A stretch of DNA of 64,000 nucleotides, taken from assembly GCA_977862235.1 (NCBI GenBank), contig OZ374557.1, forward strand, positions 4,030,001 to 4,094,000, in the 5' to 3' direction. Below the pieces are notes generated by a model. It was not told the origin of the DNA and did not search any database. It saw nothing but the letters and a program-made list of their open reading frames with translations. A program made the translations under genes and the position numbers. This DNA is from Dudresnaya verticillata (lineage: Eukaryota). The stretch's first letter is position 1. Each line of letters opens with the position of its first letter. Shown one piece after another: positions 33,232-46,640 of this stretch.

Positions 33232-36200
33232 ATGCCGCCGCTACCTACTTCGGCCGCTGCCGGTTCGGCAGACGCCGCGGCAGGTGAAGTTGGCGGTCGA
33301 CGCACTTCCCTGCTGAGTAACGTCGGCGTCTCAGGAGCTCCCTTAGAGGAAACGCGCCTCGAGCGCAGGGCGGCTATAGCCAAGGCCCTAGGAGGGACAA
33401 CGGTCTCTGCGACTGACCTCCAGCTACGCTACGAGGAGACGATGAACTCGCTCTCGGAAGTGTACAACACCTTCATGGCCTCAGTCGCAGAAGCGCGGGC
33501 ACAAGGTCAGCGTGACCTGGAGTCGCTTCGACGCGGAACTCTCGCCTCCGTCGAGGAAGGATTAACCCGAACCAAAGGGCTCCTCGACGAGCTACGCCAA
33601 CGCGTTGAGTTGATTGAGCACGCACCGGCGCGGTATGACCCGCGGGCGCCTAGCCCGTCGCCGGTGCGGAGCCATCCTCCGTGATCGCTGTCTCAAGCAG
33701 ACCCGGTTCGCGAACTGGCCAAAGCCCTCCTCGCTGAGCGTCGTGCTCAGCGAGCTCTCTTTTCTCCACCGGCCTCTCCGCCTAGGAGTGGGCCAGGGTC
33801 CCCTCGCCTTACAAGAGATGACGACCCCTTCTACGGGGTCGACCCCAAGCTACTACAACGCGCCCTCAGCGGGCGCGTAGTTGGAGGGGCGTCTAGCCCC
33901 TCACCACACGACGGTCCCGTGTCGGCCTACTGGCATTGGGGACCATTGATTCCGGGCGTCGACCCGCTGAGCACCTTGGTCCCCGAATTCGCAAAGGCGA
34001 TCGACTACCGCTCCTATCGTCTAGACGACATAGGGCAGCGGGACAATCAGCAGCAAGTCTGCAATGGCAACACCGCCAAAATCGTCAGCAGGATGAAGGC
34101 TCTCATGGCGCGGCTAGATCGCTACGACGGCAAGGAGCCCATCCGCTTGCTTGGCGTGCTTAGACAGCTACTCCAAGCCTTCAACGGCGTCGGCCTGTCG
34201 GAAGGCGCAGCGGCGCGAGTGGTGTCCTGGTTCCTAGACGGAACGGCATCCCAGGTGTATTCGAGTCACCTTTTCTCGGGGGTCCGGACGACTAGTCGCG
34301 GCACCCCCCGTGCTGGGCCTCGGTGGTCAATACCCTCGTCGAGAGGTTCGTCACCGACGACGTGATCGCCGACGCGCACGACCGACTGACCACCGCCCGG
34401 CAGCGGGACGCAGTGTCAGAACTCGAGCTCGCCTCTCGTCTAGAGGGCTACGCAGATGACTGTGCCGGCGTCTACTCAGACGAGAACCTGACGAACCAGT
34501 TCCTGCGTGGTCTGCTTCCGACCACCCGACCCGCAGTGGCGGAGAAGGTAAGGCAGATGCCGATGGTCGAGCAGACCAACTTCAGTACCGTTCGTCGGAT
34601 CGCCCACAGTGAAGGCACAACCTACCGCGCCCGCATGGCCGTCGACGCCGGCTATCGCTCCGGGGCGCGGTAGGGGAGCAGTTCGGCAAGCGGCCGCACG
34701 CTGCTTATCGAGGCGCCACACACCCCCGGTAGGGAAGCGGCCTTCGACGGCACGATTTTGGTGGCGCCCGATGACGATGGTTTCGAACCCGACATGTCCG
34801 TGCCCACGCTGTCGACAGCCGGGGCGGCGCAAGCCGAGGATACCCTCGACATATCAGGACGCATCGACGCAGTCCTGTTGCGGAGGATCCCTCCGCTCAA
34901 ACCGGTACAAGAGGCAATGGCCCGCGCTGTCACCCCTGATCGACAGGGGTGGTACATCTACTGGTTCTGCCGAGAACTCGGGCACATAATGTACTCGTGT
35001 CCGTTCCTGAATAAGGAACAGCAGTTGTACTGCGCGTATGCGAACTTAAACCAGAGACTGGAGACGCAGCCGCACGCGCGCAACAACTTGCAGCAGCTCA
35101 TCGACGAGCGCATGCCGGCAGGCGCCAAGGCAAGTTACCCCGCAAGACGCTTCGACGCACAGCAGGGTGGGGACCGATGCTTCTACGCGAGAGGTCCCCC
35201 GCAGCGCTTCGACGCGCAAAGGTATCGCGGGGAGCCGCAAAGGTACCGCGGGGATCGTCGAGATCCGCGCCGCGAATACCGAAGGGCAGACGTCCCGCGG
35301 TTCCTCACTCGCGACAAGCGGGTCAGGTTTGACGACCAAGCCGGTCGCCAACCTCGGGCGTCGACACCCTCGAGGCCAGACCCGCAGCGCGAACTGCTCC
35401 GAGCAGTGATGACCGTGCAGGAGCACACCGGGCTAGCAGCCGAGGAGTGGCTCCCGCAAGCGTTCGACGCGCATAGCAAGGGCGCGTCCGCCCAGGAGCA
35501 GGGCGAGCAGCCCCAGCTCCTTTTTCACCCGCCGCCGCGATCGCCACCAGGCACAGGCCGGGCATCTAGCGAGCCAATGGGATCCGAGGAAGATAGTTCG
35601 GATTCCGAAAATAATTTTGACCGGGTTGAACCGGAAAAAGAGTATAGGCGGCGCCGTTCGTGCGGTCGCGCGCACCGTCTTTCTCTACACCAGACCCACC
35701 ATCCTCCTCAAAGCCGTCGACGGCAGGTGGGACGTCGAGTTCCAACCAACGAAGGACCTCCTCGCGAAGCAGCGCTGAAGGCCTCCTACGCAAAGAGCCG
35801 TCTAAGGCCACGCACTCCAGGCCACCTTGGCCCCCGCGGCGTTGACGAAAGCGACAGGCACGTCGCCGGGCGCGTAGGTGTCCCGAGGCACCCTCCACTC
35901 AACGCGAAGGTGCCATGGCTCACTACGTCGACGCGGAGCCGGCCACTACCCCAGACGGGTATGTTTGCCTATTGTCCTGGGAGATATACCGCGTGTCTGG
36001 ATCGCTAGGAGCTGACCCAGGGGTAATGATACCCCACACCATTGCGGTGGACACCGGCTCCGGGTACAACCTCATCGCGAAGCGGGCGCTGCCACCCGGA
36101 TGGGATCAGCACGCGGCGGCGATGGAGTCGACTCCTCACCTCGCCGGGGCTGATAAGACCCCACTGAGCCTATCAGGGGTGGCGCACCTCTCGATGAGGT

Positions 36201-36710
36201 TGGGGAACACGACGTTCCGCGTGCCATTCATAGTGGCCGACACCTTGGCCGTCGACGTCCTGGTGGGAACGCAGTTTCTCAACGCGCACGTGCGAGGCAT
36301 CGACGTCGAATCGAAACGCCTATCGCTCCGACGCGGGGGCTCAGTCACCCTCCTCAAGCGCAGTAGACCTGCCGAGGAAAGTAAGCCGGCATCGAAGTCG
36401 AAGAACCCGTCCACGCGTTTGTCGAGGAAGCACCAGAGGGAGCTCCTCGACTGGGATCACGACACCCACACCATCCGCCTCTCTAGGCAGATGGTGCTCC
36501 CAGCCTATTCCCAAAGGCTCGTCTCCGTGACATCAGGAGCACGTGGGCTGATCCACACCGAACCCAAACCCTCGTTGCAGTTCCGCCACGGCGTGAGACT
36601 TACCAACGGTGTGCACGACGTCGAGTCGATGCGACCCCTCGGGGCCATCGTCGGGAACTTCACCGACAAACCTCGGACCCTGCTTAAGGGTACCGTTGTC
36701 GGCCGGAGGG
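33232..36710 (+). pseudogene. gag: gag and 5' pol (protease, dUTPase-like) of E
   Basis: RYDGKEPIRLLGVL, LTNQFLRGLLP, knuckle remnant YWFCRELGHIMYSC, protease IAVDTGSGYNLI...LVGTQFL. Homology stops at KGTVVG (~36705). Confidence 0.85.
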
Positions 36711-37636
36711 CGTTGGCGACCTCGACCCACTTAGGTCGAGCACCCTTGCCACCGTTGGCACCACGGAGCGCGATGGCTGCTCCACGGATGCCCTTCCTCG
36801 CGTCAACGCGGGTTGAGTGCTCGCATGAGCCGTAGGCCCTGCGCGAGGCGGGCCAGTCGGCTGAAAGACCCGAGCCGCCGCTACTGGGCGCGGGGGCGCA
36901 GAGGCCGCCTCACTCGGGTCCTTCATTTTCTTTCCCTGTGCCGCGGCGAGGGCCACCGCCTCTGACCAAATGTCGGCGGCGGGCGTTGGGGTGGGGTTGG
37001 CATCGACGGCACCCGCCCTGGAAGCAGAAGCCGGCGCAGGAGCGCGCCCGGCATCGCCTAGCGCACCCGTCGATGGGGGCGCTTCTTCTGGCGCAACCTT
37101 CGAAGATTGCGTCTCGGCCGCAGCGACCGTCGAAGGTCGCTCCGCGGCTGGCTCGGCCGTCGAAAGCCGCGCCTCTCCGCCCGCCGGGGCCTTTGGCACC
37201 GGCTCGGCAGGTCCACCCACCGCTAGTGACTCGGTCGACGTGGTGGGGTTGATGACCGGCGCCCCCTGGGTAGGGGCGCCGCCCGCGATAGGCTCGCGTG
37301 ACTCCATCGCCGCGTCGACGCTGGCGATGGGGGAAGGAAGGAGGAGGTTGAAACCGTCGAAGCTTGGAGCGTGCAGCGCTTGTCGACAAGGGGCAGCACG
37401 CAGGGAATTGGCGGTCGTGGTGAGCGATCGCCGGCCCGCCTCCCCCCTGGAGCCGCAGAGGCGGCTCCCTAAATAGCCCGTCGCGGCTCAGCGCGGGCAC
37501 ACCCGACGTGGAATCGACGCCCGTCACCGATGGACGCCCGGGGGCCTACAGGCCAATCCCGGGCGCCGTCTTGGCCACCCCACAGCGTGCGCGTCGTAAT
37601 GGTCGCGACCGAGGTGTTCGCGCTTGAGAGGGGTTG

Positions 37637-38055
37637 TGTGGCATAGCTGTAAGATCAGTTGTGCTACGCACGCGCAGCTGTAAGACCAGCTGTGCCACGT
37701 GTGCACCGCTGTGCGCACGCTGTCAGCCGGTGGCGCCGAAGCCCCGCTGAACTGTAAGAAAGTGCGCTGGGGCGCCCGCGCGTACAGAAGCATCCTAGTT
37801 CGAGGCGGTCGATCGCCTCGCTAGTTTTAAGACCACCTCTACGTGTCTGGTTCATTAAAGGGCAAGGGGTGGGCGAAGACTTTGGTCCGCATCGACGCGT
37901 TTCCAACAACTGCACCTTCGACCGCGCGGCTGCGTGCGAGCTAGGCTCGCTTTAGCAAGTGGTGGGGCTTTGACGACCCACCCCACTGTGGGTGCCATTG
38001 CGCCTGACTCGCGTCGAAGTGGGTGGCGGTCCTCAATGCTGGCGTCGATGCCACA
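37637..38055 (+). repeat. 3' LTR of E (419 bp, chimeric)
   Basis: First ~150 bp match the 5' LTR. The remainder does not, but ends GATGCCACA followed by the TSD. Confidence 0.75.
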
Positions 38056-38226
38056 CTAGCGCCCGGACCTCGGAATCTTCGGTAAACGCCTGTTTCTTCG
38101 AGTTCGGTGTCTTCGTATTCGTGACCGCGGATACGGTCGAGCCTCTCTTTCGATAGCCCCACGGACTCGGAGTGATCCCCGGTGATCGATCGCTCGAGTT
38201 CTCCCTTCCGCACACTAATACGTTGA

Positions 38227-38886
38227 TGTGGTGTAGTGAAAGGCACACCTGTAAGGAGAGCTGATCACGCAATCCCAATAAGGATTGATCTCACACGGCA
38301 CCGGGGTGGTAGAGCTTAGTTCGTAGACCGAAGGGAGTACCTCGAGCAGCAACACCTGTAAGGAGTAAAAGGACGCAACAGACAAGGGGACGGTACAGTG
38401 CCAGGACAGCTACACCGGGACGGAGGTAAGAGGAATCCGTGCACGGGGCTGGCGAGGAGAAACCGTGAAGAAGTATGATGGTAAGGCTTAGGGTAAGTCA
38501 CTTTGCCCAGGGTTGCGTACCCGTTTACTATAGGACTCGCCGTGGTCACCCATTAATATACTGGGAGATAAGCCCCGCAGTCCAGTCCGTGTGGGCGAGA
38601 CCCCAATGGGTCTGGTCCACCAGGTGGGTTCGGCCCTACTGGTCCCGGTCACCGTTGTGGAAATGCTCGGCATTCTCATTGGCCGGCTGACACTACGTAT
38701 TGTACAGCATCATTACAATCTTGGCTCCTATTGGTGGTGTGCGCAGACTCCTGCAGGGCATACAGTGCTACTGTGTCGCTGCAATCCAGCTTCGGCTTTT
38801 GGCGTGCGCTTAGCAGAGCGCGGGTTATCGACGGTCGTGCGTCGGCTCGCCTGTCGTCCGCACTCCGAAACGGTCACTTCACCACA
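38227..38886 (-). repeat. 3' LTR of F (660 bp)
   Basis: Inverted termini TGTGGTGTAGTG...CACTTCACCACA (11/12 match), PPT adjacent. Confidence 0.82.
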
Positions 38887-39590
38887 GACCCCCCTCCTTA
38901 AATGGTGACACGTCCTCGTGTGCCGGCTTCGGTGTTCGTCCACACCGTATCGGTTTCGTTCCTTTGACACCGTAACGGCTTCGTAACCGGCTCCTGTTCT
39001 CGGGTGTGGTCAAGGTGCCATCCCCGCTTCGGTACAATCTGCTACGCGCGTATACCCAAAGCCAAAGTCCATCACACCAAAATGGAGTGCGGGTTCACCG
39101 GTGGTACGCGGTGTCAATGACCGAAGGACGCCAATCGGATTCGCAAATAATCCCTTGCGGAGTGCGCTGTAGTGGCCGTTAACGGTATGAGGAAACCATG
39201 CCGAAATTTGAACTTGGTCTCCCACTCCACCTCACTTCCACACAGTGTCGCGGTGTGGACGCAGCACACAAACCATAACGGTGTTTGAGCGAAACATATT
39301 CCAGAGACTCCCGGGGTCCTTTGGCGGAGCCAGTACCAAAACATGCTCCAATACGGTGTGCCATGCAGTGGCTGTTGACAACATGGGGGAAGCTATGCCC
39401 GACTTTTCGGTAATTGCTCACATGTGGCGCGAAACGGTCTCACAACATCCCAACGACATCGTGTGCGAAGCCTAAAGCTTGTTCCTTTCCGGCTCTTGGA
39501 CGCGGCCCTTCTTGCACGGGCGGCACCATTCCGGCGGAATCTATTAATGTCAATATATTAACAGTAATACATTAATGTTAAGAAAACACA

Positions 39591-40406
39591 TTAAATTAAT
39601 ATCAACATTAATATATTAACCCGAGCTCCGGTGGTGTGGAAATCCGAAAAAGCTGTGCTTGAAGCGCCGGCGGTAGACCGGAATCGGACTCCGGAAGGGT
39701 ACGCGCACAGTCCCCGAGACGCGGAAACTTCCGGGTATCGTCTCCCTCGATACCAGAACGGTGTATGCGGCTCTGCTGGAGCTAGTTGCCAGGGCTTTAC
39801 ACTCCAAGAAAGCGGCGGCGCGCCGGATGCAGCAAGCCGGAACGTGACAGTACACCCGTTTTGGAGCCAGCGTGCGCACGCGACCGCAAGCTTCCACTCC
39901 CTATCGGTGTTTGCAGCGCAGTGCCCCAAAATTGCATAAGCAGCGTGGGAACCGGGCTGGTACCAGTTTGGCACCAAGGACGAGCATACCAATATGGAGT
40001 GAAGCCCCTTGGGCAAGGGCTCGGTGACCGTGAGTCCAGGGGTCATGCCGAATTTTGCGGCATGCAACACCATCGAGGCGGAAAATGGCGGGCAATGCGC
40101 GCGGTGATATGCTGGTGTCGCGTAGCAGTTGTCCCGACACGCTTCCCACTCCAATACCTGTGTTTGTGACACGATTGTACCCCACATTACCAAAACGGTG
40201 CACAAGACCTTGGCGTCACCCCGGAAATGGTCTCCAGGGTCATTCCGCTGGGGAAACCACTCAGGGCACGTTCCGTACGACGTATTAGGGACGTACAACA
40301 CCGTGAAGGAGCGGACCGCTATCCCAATTCCGGTTAGGTGTGTGTGACGCGCGTCAATTTCCGCCGACGCCGCACAGATGCTGCGGGAGGGCGTTTGCGA
40401 CTCCAA
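39591..40406 (-). CDS. Possible extra sense ORF (271 aa) downstream of the F integrase
   Basis: Open frame overlapping the integrase end and stopping in an AT-rich patch. No recognisable motif. Confidence 0.35.
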   Translation of the reverse strand: MESQTPSRSICAASAEIDARHTHLTGIGIAVRSFTVLYVPNTSYGTCPEWFPQRNDPGDHFRGDAKVLCTVLVMWGTIVSQTQVLEWEACRDNCYATPAYHRAHCPPFSASMVLHAAKFGMTPGLTVTEPLPKGLHSILVCSSLVPNWYQPGSHAAYAILGHCAANTDREWKLAVACARWLQNGCTVTFRLAASGAPPLSWSVKPWQLAPAEPHTPFWYRGRRYPEVSASRGLCAYPSGVRFRSTAGASSTAFSDFHTTGARVNILMLILI

Positions 40407-43400
40407 TAGCGGTGAATAAAATTCTGTGGCAACTCCTCGGCGGGTTCATACGTATCCTGGTCTGGTGGGTAGCCGTACCAACGCACCTTGTAGGTCATGC
40501 CCGTGGGTTCTTCGCGGTGTCCCAGGATCTGCTCGATAATATACGCCGTGTTGGCGTCAATTGTCTCCGGAACGGGGGTAGGAATACCGCCTGGAGTTTG
40601 GGGCGTTACAGTAATACCATATGGTGTTTGGGGTACTATTGTGGTGCCTCCCAACTGCTGGGGTACTGTACCGTCCATGTCAATGTGTGGAGTAACCGAC
40701 GGAGCCAATAGCGGCGCCTGTTGCACGGGAACTCCAATTGGAACCTTAGTGATGCGATCGATGCTGATGGGGATGAGAACGCCGTCCTTCTTGATAGTGA
40801 CTACAGTATCCGTCGCGGTGTAAACCTCGTATGGGCCCGTCGATCTTGGGAGGAGCTTCTTCATTTGCTCCGCAAATTCCCCGACGTGGTCAGGGCCTTG
40901 GCCCAATCGGTCGCATTCTTTCCGTTCGGTGGGTCGTAGATTACGCCGCGGGCGATCTACGTAGACTTGATCGCCACCATGAACCACCGGTCGGAAACGC
41001 ACCTTACAGTCGAAGAGAGCCTTAGACTTCAACTGGGCTGTAGTCTGCTTGGTCTGCACCTTCTGTAGTGCATAGCGCAAATGCCGCATGGTTCCCCGCT
41101 TTTGGAGCACGGGCGTCATACGCCCTTCCGTAACGGTTTCCTCCAACCCCACAGGGGCGCCACGAACAATACTATCCGAAGGGTGTCGAGTTAACACCAA
41201 GTCAAAGGGAGTAGTATCCGTAACCCGGTGTACCTGCATATTATAGGAGTAGGTCAACGGCTGTAGATATAGATCCCAATTGGTGTGGTGATCCTCAACG
41301 TAGTGCCGAAGGCGCTGCGCAATAGTTTTGTCAAACCGCTCGCCTTGCCTGTTGGATTGCGGGTGGTAGGCCGCGGTCAGTAAATGCCGTACTCCGAGTA
41401 TGGCACAGACAGCGTCGAAGAACTTCGCCGTGAACTGTCTACCATTGTCGGTGAGTACAAATTTAGGTGCGCCATACGCATACACCCAATGGTCTAAAAA
41501 TGCATTCGCCACCACGACGGCTGTAATCGTCCGTAACGGGATGCACCGGGTTAGTTTAGAAAACCGATCGGTGATGACCAGTACGAAGACGTATCCCCGT
41601 TTTTTGGTTTTCGGCAGCGGCCCCAGTATATCCGTAGCGACAAACTCCAATGGGCCACTCGGGGGAAATAGCTTCATAAACGTCTGATGCTTAAACCGAG
41701 TGCCCTTGGTTTTGACACATGAGCGGCAACTCCGAACGGTCTCGGATACATCGTTAGCCATATGTGTCCAATAGTAGTCTCTCCGTAAGGTTTAGTACAT
41801 CTTAATTCCACCAGGGTGTCCTGACATGAGGGTATAGTGGGCAAGATACAGGACTCTGCCACGCATCTGTTGCGGTACCACCTTTTGGAGTGCGCCGTCG
41901 AGGGCAGACTTGCGAACAAGAAACCCATGTCGGTCGTAGTCGAATTGTGATCAAGGGGATCCCATCGATTCGGCTTTAAACTTGCAGAAAGTATCCGTTG
42001 CTTGCGCGGCTATGAACGCCTCACGGGTAAGGGTCTCATTTTGCATATCCTCTTGTTGGATGACCGTTTGCCGGAGTGGAGTGGGTGGTACTGTATCCTT
42101 TTCAGGCGTGGTATCCGTTTCGGTGTCTCCACTTTCCACGCCTAGGACAGGGCTGCTCGAGGCATCAGGCTGCTGGAACTGTTTCCAATTGGTTAGTTGC
42201 ACACCGTGTTGCACTACACCATTAGGAGTCGATTCTATAACGAAGCAAGGCACTTCCTCATCCAACTCAGCTTTGTCAGCACCACCTGTTCGGAGTCTTG
42301 ACATACCGGCTGCGAGTTGGTGCTCGATACCAAGGCGGTATTGTACTTCAAACTCAAATTCCGATAGGCGTAGGCGCCATCGTGCTAAGCGTCCAGACGC
42401 ATCGGCTAAACGCAGTATCCAGCGTAATGTGTTGCGATCCGTACGGAGTATAAACGTTTCACCGTAAAGGTAGGGCCGTAGCGTTAGCATACTCCAAACG
42501 ACAGCAAGGCACTCCTTTTCAGCGGTTGTGTAATTCTTCTCCGCATCGGTTAGACTTCGGCTCCAGTAACCCACTGGTAGATTATCTCCACTAGTTTGCT
42601 CCTGGAGAAGGACACACCCAACTTGGTAATCACAGGCATCGGTATCCAACGTATAATTGAAACCATGACGGGGTAAAGCCAATATTGGAGGGGAGATTAG
42701 GTGTCTCTTTAACTCCTCAAAGGCGTTAAACTGCGTTTCGATGAGAGTTCCAAACTCGAATACCAGACCCTTGCCGGTTTTATTATTGAGTGGCGAAGCA
42801 ATACGGGCAAAATTGGGAACGAAGCATCGATAGACGTTGAATAACCCTAGAAAAGAGCGTAACTCCGTTTGGTTTGTAGGTGGCTTACCCTCCTTGACGA
42901 AGAGAATATTCTTACACTCCACCTCCAGCTGGTCCGGGCGCACTATGTAGCCGAAATACTGTACGGAAGTGTCGAAGAAGGCACACTTCGATAATTTCAG
43001 AGTTACACCTGCGGAACAGAGTAGCGTGAGGATGTCCTTAAGGTGTTCGGAGTGCTCCGTAACGGGGTTTGAATATAGAATCACATCATCTAGGTAGACT
43101 AAGGCAAATTGCCATTTCACCGTAGATAGGATGATGTCCACCGCCCGTTGGAAAGTAGTGGGTGCGTTCTTGAGCCCAAAAGGCATTCTCCGGAAGCGAT
43201 ATAATCCATAGTGACTGTTGAAGGTGGTTTTGTCTCGCTCCTCCTCGGGGATCTCTACTTGCCAGTAGCCGCTATTACAATCCAGAGTGGTGAATACTGT
43301 AGCTTCTCCAAGGGAGTCGATATATTCATCCATCCGGGGTAAAGGGTATGAATCCCGAACGGTGACAGCGTTAAGACGCCTGTAATCGACACAAAACTGC

Positions 43401-44731
43401 AGGGAGCCGTCCTTTTTAGGAACGGAGACCACAGGGCTGGCCCACTCCGAAGCGGATGGCTCGATCACCTTAGCGGATAACATACGATCCACTTCTGCCT
43501 TCTCCAGCTCGCGCTGTTCATGTCCTGCCCGATATGGTGCTTGATATACCGGTTTGGCACCAAGTATTAATTCAATACGGTGTTTCGCGGCAGTTATATT
43601 TCCTAACTCGCCGTTCCAAATGGTACTGAACTCCTCAACGAGTGTAACCACCTTAGCGCGGAGTTTTTCATCCTTGGCACCACTATGGATGTTATCTTTC
43701 CAGTCGGTGTCAGTAGTTGTAGTTGATTCCAATATGGTGTTTCCTTTGAATCCATCTTGGGGTGTAGCCTTGCTGCTCTCGTTATGAGGAGTAGGAAAAG
43801 AATTAATATTTCCTCACCCTCCTTAAATGGAGGTACACCGTGAACGGTGAGTATGGCAGAGGGAGCAGCAGTAGAGATGCCCACGAAGGTAGACTTGGGT
43901 AACCGCACCGGTTTGGGGGGAAAATTAGTCAGCCACGCCTTAAAGGGTTTGTTAGGGATTATATCCATATCCCCGTTAGCCATAAGGGTGGGGTGTTTAT
44001 GGATGGGTCTGGGATGGTTTTGAAGAAAACACAAACCACCGGTAGGAGTGGTGACCAATGCAAGGGATTGGGTCATAAGGTGGATAATAAGGGGTTTTGC
44101 TAGGCGGAGCTTTTGCGATACCGAAGCGGATGACAGAGGGGGGCCCTGAAGGGTAGAAGCAGCCACCGTTTTGGAGTGTCGGGCTTGTCCCATCAACGAA
44201 ACCGGGGAATGGTGATGAAAAACAACTTTCCGTGCCGGTGGGAGGATCGCCTTAAGGTGGCGATCAATGAAACTGGTTCCCAGAATACACGAAGCAGCGA
44301 GGTTCGCGACCACCAGGACGTAGACTCAAGTACGCAATTCTCCGATACGGACAAAAAGTTGAATGACACCAAGCAGGCGTATAGACCTATTGGACGCATC
44401 CCGTAAAGGTGGACTGGCAGTTGGGCGAATCAAAGACAACCAGTGGTGTGGAAGCCGCCTGGCGTTGATGAGATTTGGCCCAGCACCAGAATCCAATACG
44501 GTGATGAGCGGTAACATGAGGTCATTGCTCCTTCCCATGGCAATCTGGATTTTTATAATTCTGCGGTTGTAGAACACAGACAGAATCACCGGGTGGTGGA
44601 AATTCAAGGGGGATTTCTGGAACAAAATCAGGCGGTACTCCGTAATGGTGGCAGACTGACAGTATTGGTGGGCGTATCACGTCGCATTGAGGAGATGGGG
44701 ACGCCCTTACACGTCTCCTGCGACGTTTTCC
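40334..44731 (-). pseudogene. pol: pol of F (PR, dUTPase-like, RT-RH 41951-43732, IN-chromodomain 40334-41761)
   Basis: VLDSGAGPNLI, VYLDDVIL, DTDACDYQVG, TDILGP/TDNGRQF. Chromodomain YIIEQILGHR...YKVRWYGYPPDQDTYEP. Confidence 0.94.
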
Positions 44732-46640
44732 GAGTCGGGTGTGCCATAAGAGCATCCTACACCATATTAGCTGGGGGCTGGCCAACCGCACCACCGTCGA
44801 CAGTCAGCACACGCGCTGGGCATTGCTGTTAGTTACCAGACGGTCGATTTCCCGTATTGGAGCTTGCGAAGACCTGCAGCTTGAGGAGGATCGCCTGATA
44901 GTTACGCTTGCGCTCTTCCATCCGGGAACCCCTTTCGGTGTCTCTCAGATACGGACAAATAACATGGTCATTTGAGAGGCACAAGCGACAGTAGCCGCTT
45001 CCGTAGAGGCGTCTGACATCCGGTGAGGTGTGATCCGTGGGCCCTGCGGCAGGGGATTGTTTTCCAAGACGGTGTTCGACCTGCCCTTGACGAGGAGGCG
45101 TGTTGCCGTGGGGGTGCCCAATGTGGCCAGGATGCTGTCTGGTGCTTCCTTGACGGTGTGTGGCGGGACCGTAGCGATTTTCAGCCGGTCCGCAGCGGGT
45201 TTTCCGGGTGGTTGCATCCGTGGCGCTGGTGGGCGAAGGTTGGAAGTCCGAGGCGGAGTAGGGTAGACACTACTCCGTGGGGAAGAGTACGCTGTAGTAA
45301 ACGTAACCATCGACGAGGTGCCGGTGCTTCGACCCGCGCCACCTTCCAGAGCCAGCACGTGTTACTCCGACTCAGTGGGATACTCCGAGTAGTTGTATTC
45401 CGATGGCGAGTCAATCGACAGAACGCCAGAACGTCGTGACATCTTCGGTTTTCCGTCGAAGACGTGCACCGCTGAGGTTTGGCGTCGGGTTGCCCGATGG
45501 GATTCTCCAAGCCCTTTATCGTAGCGAGTTATGGCTTGGTAGTCCATATGGGGGTGTGTTGCCAGATAATTACGCATCTGCTGACACGTTCCCGGTAGGA
45601 GGCCTTCGACAAACAGCGACTTGAGGGACCTTTCGGAGAATACTGTACCGCATCGGAGTGCCTTAGTCCAGAGTTGGTCGGAGAATTGCTCTTCCATTAA
45701 GGCCGACGTTTGTCGAAACTACTTTACGTCCAAATACCCTTCGGCAATCACCTCATCGGTAACATAGGTCCGTAGCAAAAAGTTCACCACTTCGGTATAG
45801 GTGCGAAGCATCTCTGCTTGCTCCTCGTCGACCGCCATGGTGCCACGAGCGAGATGGGCCTGAAGCAAAGCTTCAGGCTGTCCACTTAGGAAAAACTGGA
45901 AAAACCACAGTGCGGTTCCTTCCGACATGGTTAATGTTACACGAATCCTTGAACTTCGCGAGAAATCCAAGGACCGCGATGGGGTCTGTACCGTTAAAGG
46001 AGTGGGACTTCATTTGTACCTCCAGCCTTTTGCGGATGCGTCCCATATGATAGGAAAAGCTAGAGCTGTCGTATGAACTCTTTTTTCCGGTCGATATGTT
46101 TGGAAATCCAGCGCCTTCATGAACCTGTCGTTCAGGGCCCGGATTACCTTTGGGAATGGCCTGTCGACCTCTCGGGACTTGGCGTCGTGTTTTCTGGCCC
46201 GACGCCGCTCGTCCGTATCCGTGTCGGAGTAGCTCGTATCAGAGCCGGATGAATGGGAGGAGCCATGCCCTCTTCTGCGCCTATGGCGCGACTTGCGCTT
46301 ATTGTTCTTCCTATTGAAGTGTTGGCTATCATCAGATTCCGTACCGAAGTGTTCTTTTTCCCGTCGCGAAGCGCGTTTGCTCCGTTGCGAACGATCACGT
46401 TCTTATCGGAGTGGGAGTCCTTGGCCTTTCTGTCAGCACTGTCTCTACCACTCCAGTCTTGGTTTTTCTTGGAATCACCATCGGAGTGCTCACTGCTTCT
46501 ATGCGAAGCCACCGGCACGGTGATACGTTCCCCCGCAGGCACTTCTGAAGGTCCAGGGACCGTACTCCGATTCGGATGGGGTTGGTGTGTTGGATCCAGT
46601 TCGGTGTATAACACCCATTTAAGCCATTCCAGAATCTGAC
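44707..46640 (-). pseudogene. gag: gag of F, frameshifted and 5'-truncated
   Basis: YTEVVNFLLRTYVTDEVIA and LKSLFVEGLLP, homologous to D Gag. Ends SENVAGDV*. Confidence 0.85.

Larger units (their letters stand above)
32322..38055 (+). mobile_element. Element E: internally deleted Gypsy element (gag + PR + dUTPase-like, no RT/RH/IN)
   Basis: TSD CTAGC at 32317-32321 and 38056-38060. Termini TGTGGCATAG...GATGCCACA. PBS 33165, PPT GAGAGGGG 37626-37633. Confidence 0.88.
38227..46640 (-). mobile_element. Element F: 5'-truncated Ty3/Gypsy chromodomain retrotransposon
   Basis: gag-pol on minus strand, PPT AAGGAGGGGGG (38889-38899) and 3' LTR. No PBS or 5' LTR beyond ~46640 (boundary approximate). 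Confidence 0.9.

Noticed and set aside
35606..35612. CGAAAAT as the frameshift site of E
   Set aside because: The position fits (SEN), but the -1 frame has several immediate stops, so it cannot be supported.
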